Assembly: GCA_945878645.1 (NCBI GenBank)
Contig: CAMCTW010000001.1
Coordinates: forward strand, 4,778-68,777
DNA: 64,000 nt
Origin: Bifidobacterium breve
GTDB lineage: Bacteria > Actinomycetota > Acidimicrobiia > Acidimicrobiales > Acidimicrobilacustridaceae
Direction: 5' to 3'
The notes below the pieces were generated by a model. The model had not been told where the DNA came from and did not search any database. It was given only the letters and a program-made list of their open reading frames with translations. A program made the position numbers and the translations under genes. Shown here one piece after another: positions 18,391-28,077 of the stretch. Every line of letters starts with the position of its first letter. Positions within the stretch are counted from its first letter, which is position 1.

Positions 18391-20398
18391 CGGTCTCGAC
18401 CTCTTTCACTCCGTCTGCGGAGTCGGAAACTGCGGCGTCGCCACCACCGGAGGCATGCGCCTCGGGGCCATGATCGTCGTGAGCCTTGTCGGGATCGTCC
18501 GGTGGTTCCATAATCCAGCCGTAAAGAGCAGCCACAACAACGATGCCGCCGATAAGCGCGAGCCAAAGGCTGAAGATGAGTCCGTAGGCCACGATCGGAA
18601 GGCCGAAGGCCAAAACGATCGGCCAATAGGACGGTGATGGAAGGTGAACTCCCTTGCCATCGTTGCGCTGCTGTGCGACCTCAGCCGTCGAGGCGATGCG
18701 CACGAGCTTGCCGTCCTTGGTTTCGCCATACTTGCGATACCAGAAGTCATCGACACGGGTAACTGTTGGGATTGGATCGAAGTTGTAGGCCGGCGTCGGA
18801 GACGGGACCATCCATTCGATTGTGCGGCTATCCCACGGGTCGGGACCGACCGGCGGAAGATTCTTGGCCTTCGACTTGCTATAGAAAATGTTGAAGATAA
18901 ACAGGGCGATACTGCTGGCAAGTGTGAACGCACCAATAGTGGCGACCTTGTTCCAGAATTCGAACCCGTAGCCGGCGTCATAGGTGTAAATACGGCGGCT
19001 CATGCCCTGAAGTCCGAGGACGTGCATCGGGGCGAAGGTGAGGTTGAAGCCAAGAAGCATCAGCCAGAAGTTGGCTTTACCGATGCTCTCATTGAGCATG
19101 TAGCCAAACGCCTTCGGCCAATAGAAGTAGAAGCCGCCCATGAATCCGAAGAATGCTCCACCAAAGAGCACGTAATGGAAATGGGCGACGATGAAGTAGG
19201 TATCGGTCTGCTGCGTGTCCATCGGGGAAACCGAGTGCATCACACCGGAGAGGCCACCGATGGTGAACATCGTGACAAGACCGATCGAGAACAGCATCGG
19301 CGCAGAAAAGTTCAACTTGCCGCCCCACATCGTGGCGGTCCAGTTCAAGATCTTCACGCCCGTTGGCACCGCGATGAACATCGTGGTGAGCGAGAACGCG
19401 GTCACCGAGATCGGCCCGATGCCGGACACGAACATGTGGTGGGCCCATACGCCCCAACCCATAAAGCCAATAGCGATACCGGAGAACACGATGAATGGGT
19501 AACCGAAGATCGGCTTGCGAGCGAAGGTCGGAAGGATCTCCGAAACCAGGCCAAATGCCGGGAGGATCATGAGGTACACCTCGGGGTGTCCGAAGATCCA
19601 GAACAAGTGCTCCCACAAAAGTGGGTTGGCACCCTTCGCAACGTTGAAGAAGTTTGCGCCGAACAAACGGTCAAGCATGAGCAGGACCTGCGCCGACGTA
19701 AGAACCGGGATCGCAAAGAGCAGCAAGAACTGCGAGACGAGTGCCATCCAGGTAAAGATCGGCATTCGCATAAGTGTCATGCCCGGAGCTCGCATGTTGA
19801 GCACCGTGACTATGAGGTTCACTGCACCGGTAAGCGAGGCGATACCGGTGATAATGAGACCAAGGTTCCAGAAATCAACACCATGGGTTGGCGAGAAGAC
19901 CACGCCGCTGTTTGGTGCGTACATGAACCAACCGCCGTCGGCACCACCACCCAGCAACCAACTTGAGTTGAGGAAAACGCCACCGGCCAAAAACGCCCAG
20001 AAACTGAATGCGTTGATTCGGGGAAACGCGACGTCGCGCGCGCCGATCTGCAACGGAATCAGATAGTTCGCAAACGCTGCACCAATAGGCATGACGACGA
20101 GGAAAACCATCGTCGTTCCGTGCATTGTGTAGACCTGGTTGTAGAGATTGGCACTGAGCAGTGATCCTCTGGGGGCCCACAACTGCATACGAATCAGTAG
20201 CGCCTCAGCGCCACCAATGATGAAGAAGAAAATTGCCGCGGCGCCGTACATAATGCCGATTTTTTTGTGATCGACAGTGGTGAACCATGAGCGCGGCCCG
20301 GTCTCGGCCGACGGACGCGTGAACACACCGGTGGGCGTGTAACCGTCGTTGGAATCACCCGAAGGAAGGGCGAGGGGGCGGTCTTCAGTTAGTGCCAT
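18383..20398 (-). CDS. ctaD: Cytochrome c oxidase subunit I (A1 type, C-terminal two-TM extension)
   Basis: TMHG, GARDVAFPR, WIFGHPEVY, WAHH, HFHY all intact. Confidence 0.97.
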   Translation of the reverse strand: MALTEDRPLALPSGDSNDGYTPTGVFTRPSAETGPRSWFTTVDHKKIGIMYGAAAIFFFIIGGAEALLIRMQLWAPRGSLLSANLYNQVYTMHGTTMVFLVVMPIGAAFANYLIPLQIGARDVAFPRINAFSFWAFLAGGVFLNSSWLLGGGADGGWFMYAPNSGVVFSPTHGVDFWNLGLIITGIASLTGAVNLIVTVLNMRAPGMTLMRMPIFTWMALVSQFLLLFAIPVLTSAQVLLMLDRLFGANFFNVAKGANPLLWEHLFWIFGHPEVYLMILPAFGLVSEILPTFARKPIFGYPFIVFSGIAIGFMGWGVWAHHMFVSGIGPISVTAFSLTTMFIAVPTGVKILNWTATMWGGKLNFSAPMLFSIGLVTMFTIGGLSGVMHSVSPMDTQQTDTYFIVAHFHYVLFGGAFFGFMGGFYFYWPKAFGYMLNESIGKANFWLMLLGFNLTFAPMHVLGLQGMSRRIYTYDAGYGFEFWNKVATIGAFTLASSIALFIFNIFYSKSKAKNLPPVGPDPWDSRTIEWMVPSPTPAYNFDPIPTVTRVDDFWYRKYGETKDGKLVRIASTAEVAQQRNDGKGVHLPSPSYWPIVLAFGLPIVAYGLIFSLWLALIGGIVVVAALYGWIMEPPDDPDKAHDDHGPEAHASGGGDAAVSDSADGVKEVETVG

Positions 20399-20440
20399 GA
20401 CCAACTCCAAAGAATGCGGTGCGGATATTCATCACAAAAC

Positions 20441-21661
20441 TCAGTTCAGCGTCTCGAGGAATGCGACCAGTTGGTCGATCTGCTCTTCAGTGAGGTTCAG
20501 ATTTGGCATGCCGCGTCCGCCCTGCGGATACATCGGCTTGAGTGCTGGTGCGTTGCGCAACCAAGCTTCCAGCGTCACACGGTTGACGGTTGCAGTATCG
20601 ACCTTGCCGCCCGTGAGTGCAGCGCCCGGATCGCCGGCAGCGGCAACATCGCTCATCAGTAATGGCGATCCGTCGGAACTCACCGGTTCATAGAGATTGA
20701 AGATTGATCCAACGAATGTTCCGCGGGTCATGAGATGCGTGAGATTCGGCGCTACGCCCGAGACAAGCGGAGGCGGCGTTTCCTTCATCTTGGCGTCATT
20801 AATTCCATTGATGACGTGGCACTGCGCGCAGAGTGACAGCCAGACTTTTTTGCCTTCAGCGGCAACGGGATCGGTGGGGTCCGCTGCGTGATCCTTCAGC
20901 TGATTCCGCACCCAACCGTCGTAGTCGCTGGTTGAAACAGCGCGCACAAGCATGCGCATATTGGCGTGAGAAAGGCCGCAGAACTCGGTGCACTGACCGC
21001 GGAAGACTCCGGGTTCATCTGCTTGCAGTTTGAGCGGGTTACGCAGTCCGGGAACAGCATCTCGCTTGCCGTTCAGGCCAGGAATCCAAAACGAGTGGAT
21101 GACATCGTTTGATGTGGTCGTGACCTGTATCGGCCGACCTGCAGGAACGACCATCTCGGTTGAGGTGGTGATGTCTTCGGGACCATCGAAATTGCCATCG
21201 TTATTGACGTCGTACTTGTACTGCCACCACCACTGCTGACCGGCGACCTGAACCTGGATGGAGTTGGGTTCCTCACGATTGAGATTAATGATCGTCAACA
21301 CCGTGCCGACAGCGATGCCAGCGAGGATGAGTGCGGGAAGAATCGTCCAACCAATTTCGAGAGTGGTCTTGCCGTGAATCTGCGACGGGAACTCGTCGGG
21401 ATCTGAGTCCTTACGCTCGCGGAATTTCCACGTGATGAAGACAATGGCGCCGATGACAAGAACAAAAACAATTCCCGCAATTGATGTCACGGGGATAACG
21501 AGCCGCTGAATGCTTTCCGCCGAAGGGCCTTCGGGAGCAAGAGAAGAAAGCGGCTTGCCGCTGTTTTGAAACGAGTTCACGATGAGTGCGGCAAAAAGCA
21601 CCACCACGACCGTGAACGAGATTACCGCAAGGATGCGGACAATTTTTGGAAGGCGCTGCAT
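20441..21661 (-). CDS. ctaC: Cytochrome c oxidase subunit II with fused cytochrome c (caa3 type)
   Basis: LEIGWT, DVIHSF, CTEFCGLSHANM (CuA), CAQCH heme c motif and distal GMPN. Confidence 0.95.
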   Translation of the reverse strand: MQRLPKIVRILAVISFTVVVVLFAALIVNSFQNSGKPLSSLAPEGPSAESIQRLVIPVTSIAGIVFVLVIGAIVFITWKFRERKDSDPDEFPSQIHGKTTLEIGWTILPALILAGIAVGTVLTIINLNREEPNSIQVQVAGQQWWWQYKYDVNNDGNFDGPEDITTSTEMVVPAGRPIQVTTTSNDVIHSFWIPGLNGKRDAVPGLRNPLKLQADEPGVFRGQCTEFCGLSHANMRMLVRAVSTSDYDGWVRNQLKDHAADPTDPVAAEGKKVWLSLCAQCHVINGINDAKMKETPPPLVSGVAPNLTHLMTRGTFVGSIFNLYEPVSSDGSPLLMSDVAAAGDPGAALTGGKVDTATVNRVTLEAWLRNAPALKPMYPQGGRGMPNLNLTEEQIDQLVAFLETLN

Positions 21662-21846
21662 TTACTCTCCTCGAGAGGCGGGGATGAACCCACTCCGGGG
21701 CGAACGAACCGACGACTCAAGGCCGCGGCCACTAGGACTGCTGCAGTACTGATCGGTGTGAACAAAGTGTTCACCAGTCTGAGCCAAACGCGCCAACCGA
21801 GCGGAGGATTCCGCTCTGATCAGCATCGATCGAAAAGAAGGCATGC

Positions 21847-22707
21847 TCACGCCGGGTTCCCGCCCCGGATCACAACGGGTGCCCCGGGGGCCACACCAAT
21901 GGCGCCTTCGGTGGTGTGAGCCGCTGGATCGTGATGTTCGATGTCGCGCTCTCCGATGACCGCGCCGGCAATGCCCGCAGCGACGATGGCGATAGCACCA
22001 AGAACCACGACCGCCGTCGTGACCCACTTGCCGGAAGAAGGCTTGAGCGCCAGAAGCACAGCGACAAGGAAGAAAAACAGCGCGACCAAGCCGAAGACCC
22101 AAACCGAACCGACCTTCGAGACCGAAAGAAGAACACGCGACAGGCCAATGGCGACCAAGCCGATAAGCAGGAGCGAAATGACCGGAACCCGGAACGGGTC
22201 AATGAAGCGGTGGTAGATCTCGGCGTTGGTGTGATCGTCGCCCGTGGCGCGCTCAGCCCATGTCCGCAGTGTCCAGGTGAAGGCCACGACCAACAACGTC
22301 GCAACTGCGGCGTACATCAGGCCGCCACTTTCGGTCGCAGCACCGATGAGAAGAAGAATAAATGCCAGAGCACCAAGGGCAGGCAGATAATTCACGCCCA
22401 CTGGAGCACGGGTCAGGGGCACTGATTCGGTATGCACGACCTGAGCTTCTGCCTCAGGATCAGCATCGCGAAACGCAATAAGCAGGCCCGCCAATGTGGC
22501 AGCGGCAACGGCCAGTCCCACGAAGATGGTGTAAGCGAAGTGATTTCCGATGCCACCCTTCCAGCCGAGGGTGAGCGGGCCCATCACGCGGTTTATCGGC
22601 GACTGGGTCTCGCTGGTGAATCCGCTAACGAACGCGGCGATCAGCGAGAAGGTCGCCAGACCGGCGAAAAACCGAAACGCTGTTGTGAACATCCGCGAGG
22701 AGAGCAT
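21847..22707 (-). CDS. Multi-pass membrane protein of unknown function
   Basis: About 7-8 hydrophobic segments; 6 nt downstream of the subunit III paralog. Confidence 0.8.
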   Translation of the reverse strand: MLSSRMFTTAFRFFAGLATFSLIAAFVSGFTSETQSPINRVMGPLTLGWKGGIGNHFAYTIFVGLAVAAATLAGLLIAFRDADPEAEAQVVHTESVPLTRAPVGVNYLPALGALAFILLLIGAATESGGLMYAAVATLLVVAFTWTLRTWAERATGDDHTNAEIYHRFIDPFRVPVISLLLIGLVAIGLSRVLLSVSKVGSVWVFGLVALFFFLVAVLLALKPSSGKWVTTAVVVLGAIAIVAAGIAGAVIGERDIEHHDPAAHTTEGAIGVAPGAPVVIRGGNPA

Positions 22708-22713
22708 GGCGGC

Positions 22714-23304
22714 CTACTTGGTGACGTAGATGGAGATCCAGATCAGGGCATAGACGGCAACCATCGCGTACCAAAAAACAGCGGCGGCGGTAATGCCATC
22801 GTGTTGGCGAGCAGTGAACTGCCCGCCGAGGGCCCGAAGGCCCATGAGGGCGACAAAAATCATCGCCAGCACCAGCATCACAATGTGTGCGCCGGTGATT
22901 GTGTAAATCAACACTCCCTGAATCCCTGAAGCGATATCGAGCTCCATGAGATACCAGAGATAGGTCGTCATGACGATCGTGGCGATACCCAACATGAGGG
23001 TGAGGCCCATCGCCAAGTAAGAGTTCACTCGATCGTTCTTGGCGATCGCAGCAACGGCCCACTGCATCGTGAAGACCGACATGATGAGCGTGATGAACAT
23101 CGTGTTGGGCTGCTGCAAGGGAATGGTGGCGCCCTCGGGCAACCACGCCGTACCCGAACCAACGACATCAACGCGTGCCGCAAGGTAGATACCGATCAGG
23201 CCGATGAAGACCGTGAACGATGCTGCTGCAGCAAACGCCGCGCCGACGACCAGCACGCGGGGGCGCTGAACTGCAGGAGCGGGGGGAAGGACGTGGGCGG
23301 TCAT
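22714..23304 (-). CDS. Degenerate heme-copper oxidase subunit III paralog
   Basis: Aligns by eye to CtaE (YTITGAH, FWY) but lacks the SE, HGxH and WHFVD conserved residues. Confidence 0.8.
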   Translation of the reverse strand: MTAHVLPPAPAVQRPRVLVVGAAFAAAASFTVFIGLIGIYLAARVDVVGSGTAWLPEGATIPLQQPNTMFITLIMSVFTMQWAVAAIAKNDRVNSYLAMGLTLMLGIATIVMTTYLWYLMELDIASGIQGVLIYTITGAHIVMLVLAMIFVALMGLRALGGQFTARQHDGITAAAVFWYAMVAVYALIWISIYVTK

Positions 23305-23306
23305 GC

Positions 23307-24869
23307 TCAGACCTCCTCATCGAGCAACGGCTCGGGCGAACGGACAATTGCGAGGTCACCGAAATTACCGGTGGGCGGTGGAGAGGGACAGGCCCATTCG
23401 AGGGTCTGGCCCGTGCCCCATGCATCGGCGGCGGCTTCGGGGGCACCTTTACGAGCGCCGCTAAGAAGACCGAGAAGGGCAAGTGCTCCGCCCAAGGCGA
23501 GCAACGCGCACCCGATCGACGAAACGATTACGAGAGAATCATGAGCGCCTTCGAGGCCGGTGAAGCGATTCGAGAAGCCCAGCACACAAAGCGAAAGTCC
23601 GCCAAGGGCTCCGCCCCCGAGCAGGACGAGAACGTTGAGCTTGCCTAAACCGTCGGCCGAATGACCACCGGTCATTTTCGGACCCCAATAACCAATACCC
23701 GCAGCAGCAGCAGCGAGCGCAGCAGCAATGGCGAGAACGTATTGGCCGGCGGCAAAGAAACCAGAGACACGAAGTTCAAGCGGGGTGATCGCAAGCAATG
23801 CTCCAGCAAGCACGGCCAACAAGGTCAAGAGCAGCGACACGACAGCGAGGCCGAGCGGGCTCTTCAGGGAAGGCTTGCCGTCTTTGAAGGCTTTGGCAAC
23901 GCCGCCGAAAAACAACAGGGTAGGAAGCAGCATGAGAAGCCCCATGGCCTGCCATACGAGATCGTCCGAGGCCGAGGGGTAGATGGCGGGCTGCGCCCAA
24001 GCGCCAACACTAAGAACCCCGAAGGCGCCAATGGCGAGCAGAAGAATGTTGCGCTGACCGAGGCGGGCGCCGGTCAGGGTGGCAATCACATCGGCGACGA
24101 TACCGAGGCCAGGAATCAAGAAAGCGTAGATCTGTGGCTCGTAAGCGATCCACAACACCTGATCGAACTGAATGGCGCCAGCACCGAAGGTCGTGCCTCC
24201 GTTGTAGCGGTGGTCGACCCAAATCAGCAGCAAGTTGGCGAGCAACACCGGCAACGTGAGCAACCAGATCGCTCCGCCGACGAGCATCGAGAACGAGAAC
24301 ATCGGGACTCGGTCGAGCGTCATGCCCGGCGTACGAAGTGTGACCGCGGTTGTGAGCACACAAACGGTGCCGAGAAGCAACGCAACGATCAGACCGCCGA
24401 GGGCCATGAGCGTGAGGCTGACGGACTTTTCGCGCGAACCGCCGAAGCCACCGTCGATGAACGACGCAACAATAAAGACGCCCGACGAAAGCAACCATGT
24501 CCACATCGCGGCAGCAGCTGCACGTGGGAACGCAACCGTGCTTGCACCGACCTGCAACGGAACGATGTACGTGCCAAGGCCAAGGAACAGCGGCACAATC
24601 ACCAATAAAATAAGGCCCAAATTCGAGGTTTGGCCCAGTTGCATTGCTGTCGAACCGCTAAGGAAGGAATTGGATCCGACCTCGTGTCCGAGAGAAAGCG
24701 CTGCGGCAACCCAACCAGCGATTCCGAAGACCAACGCGGCCAACACGTAGAACGTGCCAACGGCTTTGTGGTCACCGGTTCCGAAGATGGTGAGAGGGCT
24801 GGGTACGACGGAAGGGGCGACCGCACTTGCGTCGGTACCGGTTTCCGGTCGGGTATCGGTTAGAGCCAT
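23307..24869 (-). CDS. Heme-copper oxidase subunit I paralog lacking the metal-ligand histidines
   Basis: DHKAVG, PLQVGA..VAFPR, LRTPGMTL.RVPMF, YWGPKMTG, TLEW..PSPPP..NF scaffold motifs are retained; the His ligands are absent. Confidence 0.85.
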   Translation of the reverse strand: MALTDTRPETGTDASAVAPSVVPSPLTIFGTGDHKAVGTFYVLAALVFGIAGWVAAALSLGHEVGSNSFLSGSTAMQLGQTSNLGLILLVIVPLFLGLGTYIVPLQVGASTVAFPRAAAAAMWTWLLSSGVFIVASFIDGGFGGSREKSVSLTLMALGGLIVALLLGTVCVLTTAVTLRTPGMTLDRVPMFSFSMLVGGAIWLLTLPVLLANLLLIWVDHRYNGGTTFGAGAIQFDQVLWIAYEPQIYAFLIPGLGIVADVIATLTGARLGQRNILLLAIGAFGVLSVGAWAQPAIYPSASDDLVWQAMGLLMLLPTLLFFGGVAKAFKDGKPSLKSPLGLAVVSLLLTLLAVLAGALLAITPLELRVSGFFAAGQYVLAIAAALAAAAAGIGYWGPKMTGGHSADGLGKLNVLVLLGGGALGGLSLCVLGFSNRFTGLEGAHDSLVIVSSIGCALLALGGALALLGLLSGARKGAPEAAADAWGTGQTLEWACPSPPPTGNFGDLAIVRSPEPLLDEEV

Positions 24870-25049
24870 GTTCTGTAAGGACCTCGTACGAGCGTGCACA
24901 CTCGGGCCGGCACGGGCCGGTCTCGACCGAAGGGGGGACCCTCCGGATCAAGGGCGGGACGGTTCTTACCCTACACACGCCCCGATGCCCCATTGAAAAC
25001 CATCGGTCGGATTCTTCCAAACCGAGATGGAACCGGCCGAGGCCAGAAC

Positions 25050-25946
25050 TCAGAGACCCGACCGAACCAGTTGGTCGAGGGCCATTCCGGCGAACAGCAA
25101 CGTCACCCAAGTGATGGAAAAGGTGAACAGGCGCATGGCTCGTGCTGTGGTCGGATCGCGCAGTAATTGCACGGACAAAAAGGTGAAAAACCCGCCCAGC
25201 CCCGCGGCAAGGACCCCATAGATCCATCCCATATCGCCCACGGGGATGAAGGCAATCGTGAGGGCCCAGACGATGAGGGTATAGATGAGGATCCGAATGG
25301 CTGTTTCGTGACGAGAAACCACTGACGGGAGCATCGGAACATTGGCCGCCGTGTAGTCCTCTTCGTAGCGAATGGCCAGAGCCCAGAAATGGGGCGGGGT
25401 CCAGAAGAAAATGATGGCGAAAAGCAGCACGGGAGCCCAGGCCAGCGAATTGGTCACTGCTGACCAGCCGATAAGCACCGGAGCAGCGCCTGCGGCGCCG
25501 CCGATCACAATGTTGCTGCTCGAGGTGCGCTTCAACCACAGCGTGTAGATGAAGACATAGAACAGGCAGGCAGCCACGGCCAGCACGGCACTGAGCAGGT
25601 TCACAAAGGCCCAGAGCCACATAAAGGCCACGACTTCGAGCCCAATAGCGAAAATCAAGGCGTTTCGGGGCTTGAGAAGCCCAGTCACCAATGGCCGGTT
25701 GCGGGTCCGCCGCATGAGGGCATCGATATCTCGGTCGACATACATGTTGATGGCGTTGGCGCCACCGGCCGCGGCGGTGCCGCCGAGGACAGTCGCCACC
25801 ATCAGCCACCACGAAGGGAGACCCTGCTCGGCCACGATCATCGTGGGCACGGTCGTGATGAGCAGAAGCTCGATAATGCGAGGTTTTGTGAGGGCTACAT
25901 ACCCGCGCAATCGCGCAGCGAGGGGTGGTTGCGCGACCGATTCCAT
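25050..25946 (-). CDS. ctaB: Protoheme IX farnesyltransferase (heme O synthase)
   Basis: LTKPRII, DRDIDALMRRTRNRP, YTLWLKR, FWTPPHFWAL. Confidence 0.95.
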   Translation of the reverse strand: MESVAQPPLAARLRGYVALTKPRIIELLLITTVPTMIVAEQGLPSWWLMVATVLGGTAAAGGANAINMYVDRDIDALMRRTRNRPLVTGLLKPRNALIFAIGLEVVAFMWLWAFVNLLSAVLAVAACLFYVFIYTLWLKRTSSSNIVIGGAAGAAPVLIGWSAVTNSLAWAPVLLFAIIFFWTPPHFWALAIRYEEDYTAANVPMLPSVVSRHETAIRILIYTLIVWALTIAFIPVGDMGWIYGVLAAGLGGFFTFLSVQLLRDPTTARAMRLFTFSITWVTLLFAGMALDQLVRSGL

Positions 25947-26070
25947 CGGGCCTGATGCTAGGGGTCTAGGTCCAGAACCGGACAATCGGGACGGCAGCCA
26001 ACCCCGGCTCCACACAGCGCTGGGCCAGTGGGGTTGGGGAAGCCGGAGTCCACTCCCGTACCATCGACCC

Positions 26071-26985
26071 GTGCGATTGCCTCGACTCTCCCCTCGGGCC
26101 TATCGGCGCATCACCCTCGTGGCCCTGCTTGCGCAGGTGTTCATCACCGTCAGCGGCGCCGCCGTCCGCCTGACCGGGTCGGGACTCGGATGCTCCGATT
26201 GGCCAACGTGTGAAGACAACCGCATCGTCGCGCCCTTCGAGTATCACGCCATGATCGAGTTCGTGAACCGCACGGTCACCGGTTTGGTGTCGGTTGCGGT
26301 CATCCTCGCGGTGCTTGGTTCCTTACTTCGCAACCCTCGGCGCCGAGACCTCACATGGCTATCGCTTGGACTTGTCGGAGGTGTGATCGCTCAGATTGTT
26401 CTCGGTGGACTCACGGTGTTGTTCGAACTGCAACCGCCGTTCGTCATCGCGCACTTCGTGGTGTCGATGGTCTTGATTTGGAACGCGTTCGTTCTTCACG
26501 AACGTTCGAAGTACGCGCAATCTCCGGCGCTACCTGTTGTTCCTCGAAACGTCCGCATCCTCGGTCGCCTTCTTGTCGTTGTATCTGCCATCACGATCTT
26601 CACTGGAACAATTGTTACCGGCACTGGTCCACATGGCGGTGACGAAAACGCGAAGCGTCTTTTGTTCGACATCACCACTGTTGTGCGCATTCATAGCGGC
26701 GCTGTGTGGCTCTTCCTTACACTCACGATCATCACGCTTTTTGTTCTGCATCGAACCGGCGCTCCACGTGGAGTTGACCGACGCGCGAAGTATCTCGTCG
26801 GCGCAATCGTCTTACAGGGAGCGATCGGCTACATCCAGTACTTCAACGGAGTACCGCCAGGCCTTGTAATCATTCACGTATTCGGCAGTGTCGTCGTATG
26901 GATCGCTGCACTGGCATTTGATCTCTCGCTCATCGCGCGACCCCTTGAGATCGAGCCAACTGACAAGTTCGCCTCGACGTCATGA
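26071..26985 (+). CDS. ctaA: Heme A synthase
   Basis: [31 protein letters not shown]; GTG 6 nt after TACCAT. Confidence 0.92.
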   Translation: MRLPRLSPRAYRRITLVALLAQVFITVSGAAVRLTGSGLGCSDWPTCEDNRIVAPFEYHAMIEFVNRTVTGLVSVAVILAVLGSLLRNPRRRDLTWLSLGLVGGVIAQIVLGGLTVLFELQPPFVIAHFVVSMVLIWNAFVLHERSKYAQSPALPVVPRNVRILGRLLVVVSAITIFTGTIVTGTGPHGGDENAKRLLFDITTVVRIHSGAVWLFLTLTIITLFVLHRTGAPRGVDRRAKYLVGAIVLQGAIGYIQYFNGVPPGLVIIHVFGSVVVWIAALAFDLSLIARPLEIEPTDKFASTS

Positions 26986-27287
26986 GATCACCAACAGCAG
27001 CAGATGTTGCGCCAGTAGAAATCGACGAGCCATCAATCGATACAAATCTTGCGATTGATCGTCCTTGGATCGTGTTGGTCTGGAACGACCCGATCAATCT
27101 GATGTCGTACGTGACCTATGTACTTCAAAAAGTGTTCGGCTACAGCAACGAGAAAGCGGAATCACTCATGCTTGACGTGCATGAGAAAGGCCGTGCCGTT
27201 GTTTCAAACGGTTCGAAGGAAAAAGCAGAACTCGATGTCTTCCGTCTGCATGAACATGGCCTCTGGGCCACGATGCAACAGGACTGA
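26982..27287 (+). CDS. clpS: Clp protease adaptor ClpS
   Basis: [30 protein letters not shown]. Confidence 0.95.
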   Translation: MRSPTAADVAPVEIDEPSIDTNLAIDRPWIVLVWNDPINLMSYVTYVLQKVFGYSNEKAESLMLDVHEKGRAVVSNGSKEKAELDVFRLHEHGLWATMQQD

Positions 27288-27288
27288 C

Positions 27289-27777
27289 ATGGCCTTCGGA
27301 TTCAAACGCACGATCCAAAGCAAAGGCCCGGATCGATTCATCATCAATCTGCGTGAAGACTTGCGTGAAGTCATCGCCGCAGTGTGCGACGACGTACTTG
27401 CGGCACTCGACGACGAAAACTCACCCGGGCGCGACCCCATGCTTCGTCGTGTCTTCCCTGTCGCCCATGCATCTGATGAATCAGTGAACGAGGCCTACCG
27501 CGATCTGGTCCATAGCGATCTCCTCCGCACCCGACGCGAAGCTCTTGAGCGAGTCTCGGCGACCGCCCGAGACACCGAACTTGATCGCGCCACACTTGAG
27601 ACCTGGATGATTGGACTCAACACGGTCCGGCTCGTGCTCGGGACCAGACTTGATGTCAGCGAAGACGGCTTCCCTCAACTTGAGCCTGACGACCCCGAAC
27701 TTCCGGCATGGGCCCTCTATGAATTCCTCGGGGTTCTGGTGGGAACGGTCGTCGATGCACTGGCCCGAACGGTCTGA
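27289..27777 (+). CDS. DUF2017-family protein
   Basis: DPMLRRVFPVA, WMIGLNTVRLVLGTRL, YEFL; follows clpS, as is usual in actinobacteria. Confidence 0.8.
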   Translation: MAFGFKRTIQSKGPDRFIINLREDLREVIAAVCDDVLAALDDENSPGRDPMLRRVFPVAHASDESVNEAYRDLVHSDLLRTRREALERVSATARDTELDRATLETWMIGLNTVRLVLGTRLDVSEDGFPQLEPDDPELPAWALYEFLGVLVGTVVDALARTV

Positions 27778-27863
27778 GACCAGCGTCTAACCCGCGTCGA
27801 TGGCTGGCATTGGGGACCGACGGAATGGTGCTGCTATGGTCTTTAGGCCCTAGCGGCGCAAGA

Positions 27864-27936
27864 GCCCCCATCGTCCAGCGGCCTAGGACGCCTGCCTTTC
27901 ACGCAGGTAACACGGGTTCGAATCCCGTTGGGGGTA
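27864..27936 (+). tRNA. tRNA-Glu (TTC)
   Basis: GCCCCCA...TGGGGGT acceptor stem; CCTGC-CTTTCAC-GCAGG anticodon arm; GGTTCGAATCC. Confidence 0.96.
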
Positions 27937-27949
27937 CGCAGCAGTTTCT

Positions 27950-28027
27950 GGTCCCGTGGTGCAGTTTGGAGTGCACGCCGGCCTGTCAAGCCGGAGGTCG
28001 CGGGTTCAAATCCCGTCGGGACCGCCA
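27950..28027 (+). tRNA. tRNA-Asp (GTC), CCA encoded
   Basis: GGTCCCG...CGGGACC-G-CCA; CCGGC-CTGTCAA-GCCGG; GGTTCAAATCC. Confidence 0.96.
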
Positions 28028-28077
28028 ACTGTCGTACCGGTTCGCCGGGGCGTCAGGGACGGAGACATGGTCTCCAC

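Noticed and set aside
18644-19966. 440-aa plus-strand ORF, and similar long ORFs such as 23661-24608, 41345-42277, 58771-59541 and 91-954
   Set aside because: Antisense shadows of well-supported genes (ctaD, the subunit I paralog, purD, the CoA-transferase, glnA); expected in high-GC DNA and without recognisable motifs.
23307-24869. Subunit I paralog as a cbb3 oxidase, NO reductase or pseudogene
   Set aside because: cbb3 oxidases and NOR keep the His ligands, which are absent here; the frame is intact and scaffold motifs are selectively kept, unlike a pseudogene.
24772-25812. 346-aa alternative-frame ORF overlapping ctaB
   Set aside because: Arg-rich off-frame translation with no domain signature; ctaB explains the region.
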